From NCBI GenBank assembly GCA_964291495.2, contig OZ219872.1, positions 32,001-96,000 on the forward strand: a stretch of 64,000 bases of DNA, read 5' to 3'. Source of the DNA: Dehalococcoidia bacterium. Lineage in GTDB: Bacteria; Chloroflexota; Dehalococcoidia; UBA2979. Of this stretch, positions 28,268 through 37,322 are shown piece by piece. Below the pieces are notes generated by a model. It searched no databases, was not told where the DNA came from, and saw nothing but the letters and a program-made list of their open reading frames with translations. The translations under genes and the position numbers were made by a program. Numbering within the stretch: the stretch's first letter is position 1; the number at the start of each line of letters is the position of its first letter.

Positions 28268-29031
28268 GCCAAGGCACACTCGAGGGCAAGGCGGCGCTGA
28301 TCACCGGCGCGGCCTCGGGCATCGGCCGCGCGACGGCGCTGCGCTTCGCCGCCGAGGGCGCGGCCGTGGCCTGCGCCGACCTCGACGGCGACGGCGTGGA
28401 GGACACCGCCGCGCGCATCGCCGAGTCCGGCGGCGCGAGCCTCGCAATCCAGCTCGACGTGACGGCCGAGCAGGAGGTGCAGGACGCGCTCGCGCGCTCG
28501 GTCGCCGAGTTCGGGACGCTCGACGTGCTGTTCAACAACGCCGGCGTCGGCGGGGGCGGCGACTGGGAGGCGACGCTCGGCGTCAACCTCAGCGGCGTCT
28601 ACTACGGGCTGCTGCACGGCGCGCGGCTGCTGGCCGAGCGCGGCGGCGGCTCGATCATCAACACCGCCTCGATCCTCGGACTTGTCGCCTCCGTGCCGCG
28701 CGAGGACCAGGATGTCGAGGGCCCGCCCGCCGCCGGCGCCTACGTCGCCAGCAAGCACGGCGTGGTCGGCCTCACCCGCAGTTTCGCGGTCCGCTACGGC
28801 CGGCTCGGCGTGCGCGTCAACGCGATCTGTCCCGGCTACATCGAGACGCCAATGACCGCCTCGATCCGCGAGACGCCCGAGGATGTCGCGCGCCTCGTCG
28901 GGCTGCATCCGATCGGCCGCCTCGGGAAGCCCGAGGAGATCGCCGCCGCCGCCACCTTCCTCGCGAGCGACGAGTCCTCGTTCCTCACGGGCGTGGCGCT
29001 GCCGGTGGACGGCGGCTACACCGCCCGCTGA
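28264..29031 (+). CDS. Short-chain dehydrogenase/reductase
   Basis: TGAASGIG, NNAG, YVASKHG, RVNAICPG, VDGGYTA. Confidence 0.95.
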   Translation: MSQGTLEGKAALITGAASGIGRATALRFAAEGAAVACADLDGDGVEDTAARIAESGGASLAIQLDVTAEQEVQDALARSVAEFGTLDVLFNNAGVGGGGDWEATLGVNLSGVYYGLLHGARLLAERGGGSIINTASILGLVASVPREDQDVEGPPAAGAYVASKHGVVGLTRSFAVRYGRLGVRVNAICPGYIETPMTASIRETPEDVARLVGLHPIGRLGKPEEIAAAATFLASDESSFLTGVALPVDGGYTAR

Positions 29032-29063
29032 GCGGGCCGGTCCCACAGCTGGTATCGAGCACG

Positions 29064-29151
29064 AGGCGCGGCTGCCACACAGTGCAGAGGTGCGCCAGGC
29101 GTGGCTGTCGCACGGTGCAGAGGTGCGCCAGGCGTAGCTGTCGCATAATGC
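29064..29151 (+). repeat. 33-bp tandem repeat (about 2.7 copies) overlapping a promoter
   Basis: Units start at 29070, 29103, 29136 (GGCTG.C.CAC.GTGCAGAGGTGCGCCAGGCGT); the last partial copy carries CATAAT. Confidence 0.85.
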
Positions 29152-29173
29152 GCGCGAGCGAGAGGGGGCCGCG

Positions 29174-30454
29174 ATGAGCGGCGGCGCGCTCGACGGCATC
29201 CGCGTGCTCGAGTTCTCGCAGATCATCGCGGGGCCGGTGGTCGGCATCAGCCTCTCCGACCTTGGCGCGGACGTGGTCAAGGTCGAGCAGCCGGGCGGCG
29301 AGCCGCTGCGCGCCTCGGGCTCCGTCGTGCCGGGCGAGAGCAAGGCGTTCCAGAGCTACAACCGCGGCAAGCGCGGCATCGTGCTCAACCTGCACGACCC
29401 TCGAGGGCTCCAGACGGCCTACCGCCTGATCCCGCACATGGACGTGGTCGTCACGAACTACCGCCCCGGCGTCGTGCAGCGACTCGGCATCGACTACGGA
29501 ACGCTGCGCGAGCTGCGCGAGGACCTGATCTACCTCGAGGCGACGGGCTTCGGCACGACGGGCCCCGAGGCCCACCAGGGCGGCAACGACGGCGTGATCC
29601 GTGCCTACTCCGGCATCTCGGGCGGAGACGGCCAGGCGGACGAGCACGGCGCGCCGATCATCATCGGGGCCTCGCCGATCGCCGACTACTCGACGGCGAT
29701 CGCGGGCGCGATGGGCGTCTGCGCCGCGCTGTTCCACCGCGAGCGCACGGGCCAGGGCCAGTACATCGGCGCCTCGCTGCTGCGCTCCTCGATCTTCATC
29801 CAGGGCTACACGGTGATGCGCGAGCCGGTGACCGACGCCAGCGTGGCCGACGTGATCCGCGCCAACATCGTGGAGGCGCGCTCGCGGGGCGCGCCCTGGA
29901 CCGAGGTGGTCGAGCTGCGCAAGGACCACTTCCGGCTGCGCGCCTCCGGGCGCATCTACTATGGCGCCTACAACGCCAAGGACGGCCCGCTCGTCCTCGG
30001 CGCGCTCACCCGGCAGACGCGCAACATCGTGCGCGAGCTGTTCGGCATGCACGACGAGCGCTCCGACTCGCCCGACTTCGACGCCGCCGACCCCAACAAC
30101 TGGGAGCTGGTCGAGGAGTGGCAGCAGTTCATGCGCGAGAAGCTCGCGGAGAAGACCGTGGCCGAGTGGATCGAGATCTTCGACGAGGCGGGCGTGCCGA
30201 CCTCGCCGTTCTACCTGCCCGAGGAGGTCGCCGACATCCCGCACGCGCGCGAGACGGGGATGATCGTGGAGCTGGAGCACCCGATCACCGGCCCCCAGCT
30301 CCACGCCGGGCCGCTGATCGAGATGTCGGAGACGCCCCCAACCCCCGCCCGCTCCTCGCCCGCGACGGGCGAGCACACGGCCGAGGTGCTGCTCGAGTGC
30401 GGCTTCAGCACCGACGAGGTCGCCGAGCTCTTCGCGGACGGCGTCGTCGAGTAG
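29174..30454 (+). CDS. Family III CoA-transferase (CaiB/BaiF)
   Basis: LDGIRVLEF, AGP, LGADVVKVE, NRGKRGI, NYRPG, catalytic-position Asp in PIADY. Confidence 0.93.
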   Translation: MSGGALDGIRVLEFSQIIAGPVVGISLSDLGADVVKVEQPGGEPLRASGSVVPGESKAFQSYNRGKRGIVLNLHDPRGLQTAYRLIPHMDVVVTNYRPGVVQRLGIDYGTLRELREDLIYLEATGFGTTGPEAHQGGNDGVIRAYSGISGGDGQADEHGAPIIIGASPIADYSTAIAGAMGVCAALFHRERTGQGQYIGASLLRSSIFIQGYTVMREPVTDASVADVIRANIVEARSRGAPWTEVVELRKDHFRLRASGRIYYGAYNAKDGPLVLGALTRQTRNIVRELFGMHDERSDSPDFDAADPNNWELVEEWQQFMREKLAEKTVAEWIEIFDEAGVPTSPFYLPEEVADIPHARETGMIVELEHPITGPQLHAGPLIEMSETPPTPARSSPATGEHTAEVLLECGFSTDEVAELFADGVVE

Positions 30455-30529
30455 TCCTGCGTCCACGGTCCGGCATTCCGCTCAACTCAGCGCGAGGAAG
30501 GCGCCTTGTCATCACGGTCGAAGGGCGAT

Positions 30530-30740
30530 GTCTGCGCCGATCTCGCAGGATCGACTCGACCTCCGCTGTCGAGCAATTCCCGCGCCGGATCCAGATGACC
30601 TTCGGCGGGTGTCCGAGAATGAAGCTCAATTGCCGGAAGTCGGAGTCCTTCGAGACCACTGCATATCCGTTGTCCCTGGCGTACGTCCAGACCTCGAGGT
30701 CGTCAGCGGACTCAAGCCCGACATCCTTGACGTGCCAGAT
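30530..30740 (-). pseudogene. DUF5615 PIN-like toxin remnant
   Basis: HVKDVGLESADDLEVWTYARDNGYAVVSKDSDF...GHPPKVIWIRRGNCST; the N-terminal MKLLxDxN segment is not recognisable. Confidence 0.75.
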
Positions 30741-30789
30741 TCCGGATCGACCACGGAGTGTCTCAGAGCGGATTTGGCCGCCAGCCCAT

Positions 30790-30984
30790 GCCGGCTCCCC
30801 TCGCAACCCCGGTGCCGAACGAGGGCACCGGATGTCCTCGCGCTCCGAAGCTCGCCGATCCTCGTCCCCGCACACTCCGGCGAGGTCACCCCCCGCGTAC
30901 ACTAATCCCCAGGGCGGATGCGGACGGCTTGCCGCCACGCTTCCCCGGCTCGACGGTGATGATCTCCGAGTAGTCGTGCGACAT
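30790..30984 (-). pseudogene. DUF433 antitoxin remnant (frameshifted)
   Basis: GGAGG SD, ATG 30984: MSHDYSEIITVEPGKRGGKP, then frameshift and stop; REDIR survives in another frame. Confidence 0.7.
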
Positions 30985-31036
30985 GGTCTGAGCCTCCTAC
31001 GGCCGCAACCATGGTACCGCGCCACTAGTGGCACGG

Positions 31037-31852
31037 TCAGAAGGGCTGCGTTCCGCTTAAGGCGAATCGTCGCCGGGCAGGCGCTGCTCCTCGATGCCCG
31101 GCATCACCCACTGGCCGCGGCGCGGGGCGTACTCGTCGAAGGTCTGGCCGGGGCGGCCGGGCCCCGCGTTGAGGATCGTGATGCGCTCCTCGCTCGGCGT
31201 ACTGCACCTCGCCGCCGCGAAGCCGGAAGGGACGGTCGTGGCCGGGGTAGACGAGCGCGCCGTCGCGCTCGCTCGCCTCGGCGACGCGACGCACCGAGGC
31301 GTCCGCCTGCGCGGCGTTCCAGAAGACGAGCGGGTTCTGCCCGGCCACGGCGACGCCCGCGTGGTGCACCGCGTCGCCGGTGATCAGGCAGAGGCCGTCG
31401 TCTGTCTCCACCTCGAGCCCGATGCTGCCCGGCGAGTGCCCCGGCAACTCGATGACGCGACACCCCGGCATCAGCTCGGAGCCCTCGGCCACCTCCTCGA
31501 TGTGCATCAGGTCGAGGATCGCGCCCGTCCAGGGCGGCGTCGCCCAGTCGTTGCGGTGCGGCTGGTGCGCGTAGGCCACCTCCGAGGGGTGGGCGAGCAG
31601 GGGCGCATGATCGAAGAGGTCGGCGTTCTGGACGTGGTCCCAGTGCGCGTGGCTCATCACCTGCGCGTCGATGTCGCGCGTCGTCAGGCCGCGCTCGGCG
31701 AGTTGCTCCTCGAGGTAGACACGCCGCCCGACGTGCGCCGAGTCGAAGAGGATGCGCCGCTCGCCCTCGATCAGGACGACGGCGCAGAAGCCGACGACGC
31801 CGATGTCGGTGCTGAGGCCGGAGCCGTGCATCACGACGTCGATCGAGGGCAT
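31037..31852 (-). CDS. Metallo-beta-lactamase-fold hydrolase (AHL-lactonase-like); probable frameshift near the 3' end
   Basis: GGAGG SD, ATG 31852; SHAHWDH, PGHSPG, GDA, PGHD. Confidence 0.88.
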   Translation of the reverse strand: MPSIDVVMHGSGLSTDIGVVGFCAVVLIEGERRILFDSAHVGRRVYLEEQLAERGLTTRDIDAQVMSHAHWDHVQNADLFDHAPLLAHPSEVAYAHQPHRNDWATPPWTGAILDLMHIEEVAEGSELMPGCRVIELPGHSPGSIGLEVETDDGLCLITGDAVHHAGVAVAGQNPLVFWNAAQADASVRRVAEASERDGALVYPGHDRPFRLRGGEVQYAERGAHHDPQRGARPPRPDLRRVRPAPRPVGDAGHRGAAPARRRFALSGTQPF

Positions 31853-31875
31853 CACGCCTCCTGGCGCTCGGGCGG

Positions 31876-33375
31876 CTAGCGCTCGAACAGCTCGGGCAGG
31901 CCCTCGCGCCGCCTGCGCCACTCGAGCAGCGTGGCGACGGCGCGCGCGGCCCGCTCGAGGGTCGGGAAGACGGCGACGCCGCGCTCGTAGGCGGGCTGGC
32001 CGGCGTCCTCGATGTTCGCCTCTCGCAGGATCAGCGCGATCGGCACGTGGTGCTGCTGCGCGACGCGGTCGAGCTCGTCGGCGGTCAGTTCCAGCTGGTG
32101 TCGTCGAGCGTCGCGCGAGTGGTCCTGGCCGGGGTGCCAGCGCGTCCCGACGGTGGTGAAGATCAGGTCCGTCGTGGGCGAGCCCGCGATCAGGTCGAAG
32201 GCGCGGCGCGTGAGGCCGGTGTCGCTGCGGAAGTCCATCGGGTGGTCGCGCCCGAAGTTAGCGTCGACGGGGTTGCGCACGCTGGTGCCGGCGATCGGGA
32301 TGAACTCGTGCAGCCTGTCCTGCACCTCGTCCGGCAGCGGCGGGACGGTCAGGCCCTCCATCGCCATCTGGTCCGAGGAGAGCACGGCGTAGCCGCCGCC
32401 CGCGCCGACCAGCGTGACGTTGCGCCCTCGGGTGTGGCGCAGCTCCGTGGTGGCCGCCACCGCGAGGTCGAGCAGGTCGTCGAGCGTGCGTACGCGCATC
32501 GCGCCCGCCTGGCGGCAGAGCGCATCGAAGACGTCGATCGAGCCGGCCAGCGAGCCGGTGTGGGAGCGCGCCGCGCGGGCGCCGTCCTCGGTGATCCCGC
32601 CCTTGAGCACGATCGTCGGCTTGACCCGCGCGAGCGCCTTCAGCGCCTCGAAGAAGGCGCGGCCGTCGCGCGGCCCCTCGATGTAGGCGACGACCAGCTC
32701 GGTCTGCGGGTCGTGCAGGGCGTAGTCGAAGAAGTCGTGCGCCTTGAGGTCGGCGGCGTTGCCGTAGGAGACGCCCTTGGAGAAGCGCAGCCCGCGCGCG
32801 CCCAGCCCGTTGATGATCCCGGTGGCGTTCGCACCCGACTGCGAGAGCAGGAAGACGTTGCCCTCCTCGGTGGGCGACTCGGCGTTGAAGGCAAGGCCGG
32901 GCCCGGGAGCGTAGAGGCCCATGCAGTTGGGGCCGATCAGCCGCATCCCGGCGGCGCGGGCCCGCTCGACGAGCTCGCGCTCCTGCTGGATCAGGTCCTC
33001 CTCGCCGGTCTCAGAGAGCCCGGCCGTGAAGAAGTGGAGCGAGCGCACGCCGCGCTGGATGCAGTGCTCGACCAGCTCCTGCACGCCCTCGGACGGAATC
33101 TGCGAGATCACGTGGTCGAGCGGGTCCGGGATCTCGAGGACGGACGGGTAGCAGGGGACGCCACGGACCTCGCTCATCTTCGGGTTGACGGCATAGAGCG
33201 CGTGGTCGCGGTCGTAGCCCTGCTCCAGCAGCGCGTTGAGGAAGTTGCCGCCCATCCGCCCGTCCGGGCCGGGCTGGGTCGAGACCCCGACGACGGCGAC
33301 GCCGCGAGGGCGGAAGATCACGTCGAGGGGATGTGGGTCCGGGCCGGCGCCGTCCTGCGCGTCGGAGTCGCTCAC
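31876..33375 (-). CDS. CoA-binding protein, ADP-forming acyl-CoA synthetase alpha-subunit-like
   Basis: AGGAGA SD, GTG 33375; VAVVGVS, YAVNP, IGPNCMG, SQSG, SYGNAAD, SHTGSLAG, NPVD; no ATP-grasp domain. Confidence 0.88.
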   Translation of the reverse strand: MSDSDAQDGAGPDPHPLDVIFRPRGVAVVGVSTQPGPDGRMGGNFLNALLEQGYDRDHALYAVNPKMSEVRGVPCYPSVLEIPDPLDHVISQIPSEGVQELVEHCIQRGVRSLHFFTAGLSETGEEDLIQQERELVERARAAGMRLIGPNCMGLYAPGPGLAFNAESPTEEGNVFLLSQSGANATGIINGLGARGLRFSKGVSYGNAADLKAHDFFDYALHDPQTELVVAYIEGPRDGRAFFEALKALARVKPTIVLKGGITEDGARAARSHTGSLAGSIDVFDALCRQAGAMRVRTLDDLLDLAVAATTELRHTRGRNVTLVGAGGGYAVLSSDQMAMEGLTVPPLPDEVQDRLHEFIPIAGTSVRNPVDANFGRDHPMDFRSDTGLTRRAFDLIAGSPTTDLIFTTVGTRWHPGQDHSRDARRHQLELTADELDRVAQQHHVPIALILREANIEDAGQPAYERGVAVFPTLERAARAVATLLEWRRRREGLPELFER

Positions 33376-33496
33376 GGGAATCTCCTGCCCCTTCCGGAGG
33401 TTGCGGCGGGCGTCCGGCGACCGCACCGCGCCGATTCTAGGGCGGCGCGCGCTCAGGCACGAGGCGGATGCGCGCGCGGCGTGGCACGATGCGCCG

Positions 33497-34795
33497 ATGC
33501 CGCGTCTCTTCTACGGCTGGTACATCGCGATCGCCGGGTCAGCGAACAACTTCCTGGTGCTCGGCTTCGTCATGATCGGAGCGAGCATCTTCATCGAGCC
33601 GATTCGCGACGAGCTGGGCTGGAGCGTCTCGGCGATCGCCTTCGGGTTCTCGCTGCGCAGCTTCGAGCAGGGCCTGCTGGCGCCCCTCACGGGGATGGTG
33701 ATCGACATCGTCGGGGCGCGGCGCATGGCCTTCGCGGGCGCGGTCTTCATCTCGGCCGGCCTGCTGATCTTCGCGCAGTCGCAGGAGCTCTGGCACTACT
33801 ACCTGGCGAGCATCGTGATGTCGTTCGGGCTCAGCATCGGCTCGGGCGCGGCCTTCCCCGCCGCGATCATGAAGTGGTTCGAGGCCAAGCGGGGCCGGGC
33901 GACCGGCGTGATGAACGCCGGGAACGCGGCGGCCTGGTTCGCGGCGCCCGTGCTTGCGCTGCTCGTCGAATCGATCGGCTGGCGCGGAACCGTCACGGTC
34001 GGCGCGATCGCGATCTTCATCGCCGGCATGATCAGCGCCTACGTCGTGCGCGATCGCCCCGAGGACCTCGGCATGACGGCGGACGGCGCGACCGCGCGCC
34101 GCTCGCAGTCCAGCCTCGCGATCTCCGAGGGCGGCCTGAGCGCGAAGGAGGCGTTGCGCACGCCCGCGCTCTACCTGCTCGCGGTCGCCTCGGCGCTCGG
34201 TGTGGCGGTGCTCATCATCTGGACGATCTTCCTGGTGCCGCACCTCCAGTCGGTTGGATTCTCGCTTCGCGCGGCGGCGATCATCACGGGTCTGTACGGG
34301 GCGTGCCAGCTGGTGCTGCGGGTCTCCGCGGGGTGGGTCGGTGACCGCTTCGGACGTCGCCGCGTCTTCACGCTCTCGTTCGCCGCGATGGGCATCGGGT
34401 TCCTGGCCTTCACGAACGTGAGCCCGGACCGCCTCTGGCTCCTGCCGATCTACTACCTCTCGTTTGGCTTCGGCCACGCCGCCTGGCTGGTGTTGCAGAT
34501 GGCCGTCATCGCCGACTACTTCGGGACGCGCCGCTTCGCGACCGTGCGCGGCCTGGTCTCGATGCTGCAGATGCCGATGAACGTGGCAGCCCCGCTGATC
34601 GCGGGCTGGTCGTTCGACATGACCGGGAGCTACCAGACGGTGTTCACGGTCTTCGCGTTCGGCACGTTCGCGGGCATGGTCGCGGTCATGCTGATCCGCC
34701 GCCCTGCCTGGGCCGACCTCCCCGCCTCGAGGGCGCCTCGGGGCTCTCCGGCGAGCGACGGCGAGTCCAGCGACACTCCGTCCAACGACAGCTAG
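33497..34795 (+). CDS. MFS transporter (OFA/MCT-like)
   Basis: LFYGWYI, GMVIDIVGAR, WFEAKRGRATG, GWVGDRFGRR, IADYFG; about 12 TM. Confidence 0.93.
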   Translation: MPRLFYGWYIAIAGSANNFLVLGFVMIGASIFIEPIRDELGWSVSAIAFGFSLRSFEQGLLAPLTGMVIDIVGARRMAFAGAVFISAGLLIFAQSQELWHYYLASIVMSFGLSIGSGAAFPAAIMKWFEAKRGRATGVMNAGNAAAWFAAPVLALLVESIGWRGTVTVGAIAIFIAGMISAYVVRDRPEDLGMTADGATARRSQSSLAISEGGLSAKEALRTPALYLLAVASALGVAVLIIWTIFLVPHLQSVGFSLRAAAIITGLYGACQLVLRVSAGWVGDRFGRRRVFTLSFAAMGIGFLAFTNVSPDRLWLLPIYYLSFGFGHAAWLVLQMAVIADYFGTRRFATVRGLVSMLQMPMNVAAPLIAGWSFDMTGSYQTVFTVFAFGTFAGMVAVMLIRRPAWADLPASRAPRGSPASDGESSDTPSNDS

Positions 34796-35940
34796 TCCAG
34801 GGGGTCTGGCCCCAGGTCGTGGTCGACCAGCAGGTCGGCGAGCCGCCGCCGGTGGTAGCGAGGGCTGCCGAGCTGGTGGTAGAGCGATCGCGAGAGCGTC
34901 GTGTAGAGCGTCAGCCCGTACTCGTGCATCACGCCGACGCCGGCATGGACCTCGTGCGAGTAGTTGACCGCGTGCACGAAGCCCTCGCTCGTCACCGCCT
35001 TCGCGAGGTGTGAGGCCACCTCGAATCCGGGTTTGCCGGAGTCGTGCCGCCACAGCGACTCGTAGGTGGTCCAGCGCGAGGCGTCGACGTGGTTAACGAG
35101 CTGGATGATGTGGTTCTGGACGTGCTGGAAGCGCCCGATCGGCTGCCCGAACTGGCGGCGCTCGCGGCTGTAGTCCACCGCCATCTCGAACGCCGCCTGG
35201 CCGCCGCCGACCTGGTAGGCGGAGAGCACCGGCGCCGCCTTCGTGAGCGCCCGGTCGAGCGCCTCCCCGACCGCGCCGCCATCGCCGAGCGCCGCCGAGG
35301 CGGGGACGCGCACGTTCTCGAAGCGCACGACGCACTCGGAGCCCGTGAAGCCCGCGAGCCGGCGCACCGAGACGCCGGGCGCCGACGCGTCGACGACGAG
35401 CAGCGTGAGTGCGCCGTCGTCGCCCGTGCGCACGGCGGTGATCAGGTGCGTCGCGCCGATCGCGTCGTGCACGAACAGCTTGACGCCGTCCAGCACGTAG
35501 TCGCCGTTGCGCGAGGCCGCTCGCATGTGCACGCCCTCGGGGCCCCAGCCGTAGCCGGGCTCCGTGAACGCGAGCACGGCGATCGCCTGGCCGCTTCCGA
35601 TGCGTGGCAGCAGCTCGGCGCGCTGCTCCTCGCTGCCCGCCTCTTCGACGATTAGCGCCGAGACGACGCCGGAGGAGATGAACGGGCCCGGCAGCGCCGC
35701 GTAACCGAAGGCCTCGAAGAGCACGGCGGCGTCCGTCAAACCGAGGCCCGCGCCGCCGTACTGTTCCGGGATCGCGGCGCCCAGCCAGCCGAGCTCGGCG
35801 ACGCGCGCGTAGTGCTCCGGCGAGTAGCCGAGCTCGCTCTCGGCGAGCTCGATCACGGCCTCGAGCGGCGCCTCGCGGGCGACGAAGTCCTCGACGCCCT
35901 GCTTGAGGAGTTGCTGCTCTTCGCTGAGGGAGAGGTCCAC
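34792..35940 (-). CDS. Acyl-CoA dehydrogenase (FadE beta-type partner subunit)
   Basis: LGWLG..IPEQYGGAGL, LDGVKLFV, RRQFGQPIGRFQHVQ, EVHAGVG. Confidence 0.9.
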   Translation of the reverse strand: MDLSLSEEQQLLKQGVEDFVAREAPLEAVIELAESELGYSPEHYARVAELGWLGAAIPEQYGGAGLGLTDAAVLFEAFGYAALPGPFISSGVVSALIVEEAGSEEQRAELLPRIGSGQAIAVLAFTEPGYGWGPEGVHMRAASRNGDYVLDGVKLFVHDAIGATHLITAVRTGDDGALTLLVVDASAPGVSVRRLAGFTGSECVVRFENVRVPASAALGDGGAVGEALDRALTKAAPVLSAYQVGGGQAAFEMAVDYSRERRQFGQPIGRFQHVQNHIIQLVNHVDASRWTTYESLWRHDSGKPGFEVASHLAKAVTSEGFVHAVNYSHEVHAGVGVMHEYGLTLYTTLSRSLYHQLGSPRYHRRRLADLLVDHDLGPDPLD

Positions 35941-35947
35941 GGCGGGC

Positions 35948-37165
35948 CTACTCGACCGTGCGGCCGGCGCGCTCGCGCTCGCCGCGCCCGATGCCGATTC
36001 GGCGGGCCATGATCACCTTCTGGATATCCGCCGTCCCGCCCGGATGCAGCGAGACGATCGCGTTGCGCAGGTAGGAGTCGAAGCGCCCGCCGGTGGGGTC
36101 GAACTCGGCGTCGTTGAGCTGGGCGTAGGGGCCGAGCAGTTCGAGCATGATCTGCGAGGCGCGGAGGCCGCTCATCTTGCGGTAGTACGAGGCCTGCGGG
36201 CCCTCGTAGCTCATGTCCTGGTGGGTGCGGTTCATCCAGAAGTTGCGCAGCTCGAACAGGCGCTGCACCTCGGTCTCCATGAACAGATCGGCGAGCAACC
36301 CGCGCGTCTCCGCGTCCTCAAGCGGGTGGGCGCCGTTCGCGGGCAGCGAGCGCAGGCGGTCGCGCGTGCGCTCGAACCAGACGTTGCGCGCGATCCGCCC
36401 GCCCGAGCCGTGCTCCAGCTCGAGGTGCGTACTGGCGACCTTCCAGCCGTTGTTCTCGCCGCCCACGAGGTTCTCCGCGGGCACGCGCACGTTGTCGAAG
36501 TAGATCGTGTTCTTGTAGCCGCGGCCGATGCCCTCGCGGCCGTCGCTGAGCAGGTACATGCGCTCGACGGTGATGCCCGGCAAGTCCGAGGGGATCATGA
36601 ACCAGCTCACGTTCTGGTGGCGCGCTCCCTCACGGTCCGTGCGGCAGATCGTCCAGAACGAATCGGCCCCGTGCGAGCCGCCGATGAAGACCTTGGTGCC
36701 GTTGATGACGTACTCGTCGCCGTCGCGCTCGGCGTCGGTCTCGGTGGAGGCGAGGTCGGAGCCGGCCTCGGGGCCGGTCAGGAGCTGCCAGGTGACCGTC
36801 TCGCCGCGGAAGATCGGGGGCAGGAGGCGGCGCTTCTGCTCCTCGCTGCCCCAGACGAGGATGCTCGCGCCACCGAGGCTGCCGCCGCTGTCGTAGTAGG
36901 GCGGGCTCGTCAGGTCGTGGCGATCCATCTCCTCGGCGAGCACGATCGCGTGGTCGACGGAGAGGCCGCCGCCGCCGTACTCGAGCGGCGCGGTCGGTCG
37001 CAGCCAGCCGCGCGCGCCGAGGTCGCGTCCGAGCTGGCGGTACTTCGCGTAGTTCTCGTCGGAGTCCTGGTCGCCCTCGACCTGCGGGACGTGATCGTCG
37101 AGCCAGGCGCGCACCTCGGCGCGGAAGGCGCGCTGCTCGGGAGTGTAGGCGGGCTCGAAGTCCAC
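35948..37165 (-). CDS. Acyl-CoA dehydrogenase (FadE alpha-type)
   Basis: PLEYGGGG, TGPEAGSDLAS, NGTKVF, GGENNGW, LELEH, GGTADIQK. Confidence 0.92.
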   Translation of the reverse strand: MDFEPAYTPEQRAFRAEVRAWLDDHVPQVEGDQDSDENYAKYRQLGRDLGARGWLRPTAPLEYGGGGLSVDHAIVLAEEMDRHDLTSPPYYDSGGSLGGASILVWGSEEQKRRLLPPIFRGETVTWQLLTGPEAGSDLASTETDAERDGDEYVINGTKVFIGGSHGADSFWTICRTDREGARHQNVSWFMIPSDLPGITVERMYLLSDGREGIGRGYKNTIYFDNVRVPAENLVGGENNGWKVASTHLELEHGSGGRIARNVWFERTRDRLRSLPANGAHPLEDAETRGLLADLFMETEVQRLFELRNFWMNRTHQDMSYEGPQASYYRKMSGLRASQIMLELLGPYAQLNDAEFDPTGGRFDSYLRNAIVSLHPGGTADIQKVIMARRIGIGRGERERAGRTVE

Positions 37166-37322
37166 GGGCGCCTCCTCGCTGCGCCGCGAGCGTAGGCACG
37201 GGAGCGGTGGTGGTCAACGCGAAGCGGCCTAGTCGGCGGCGGCGACATCCACGATACCCGAGCCACGACCGCGTTCGCCCGCCTTCCCGCGTTCGTACAC
37301 GCTCGGTGGTACCGTAACCGCG

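Noticed and set aside
29064-29151. Possible mini-CRISPR
   Set aside because: Contiguous repeats without unique spacers; no cas genes
30405-31034. 209-aa ORF as an intact gene
   Set aside because: Chimeric read-through of two decayed TA genes; only the central part is PIN-like
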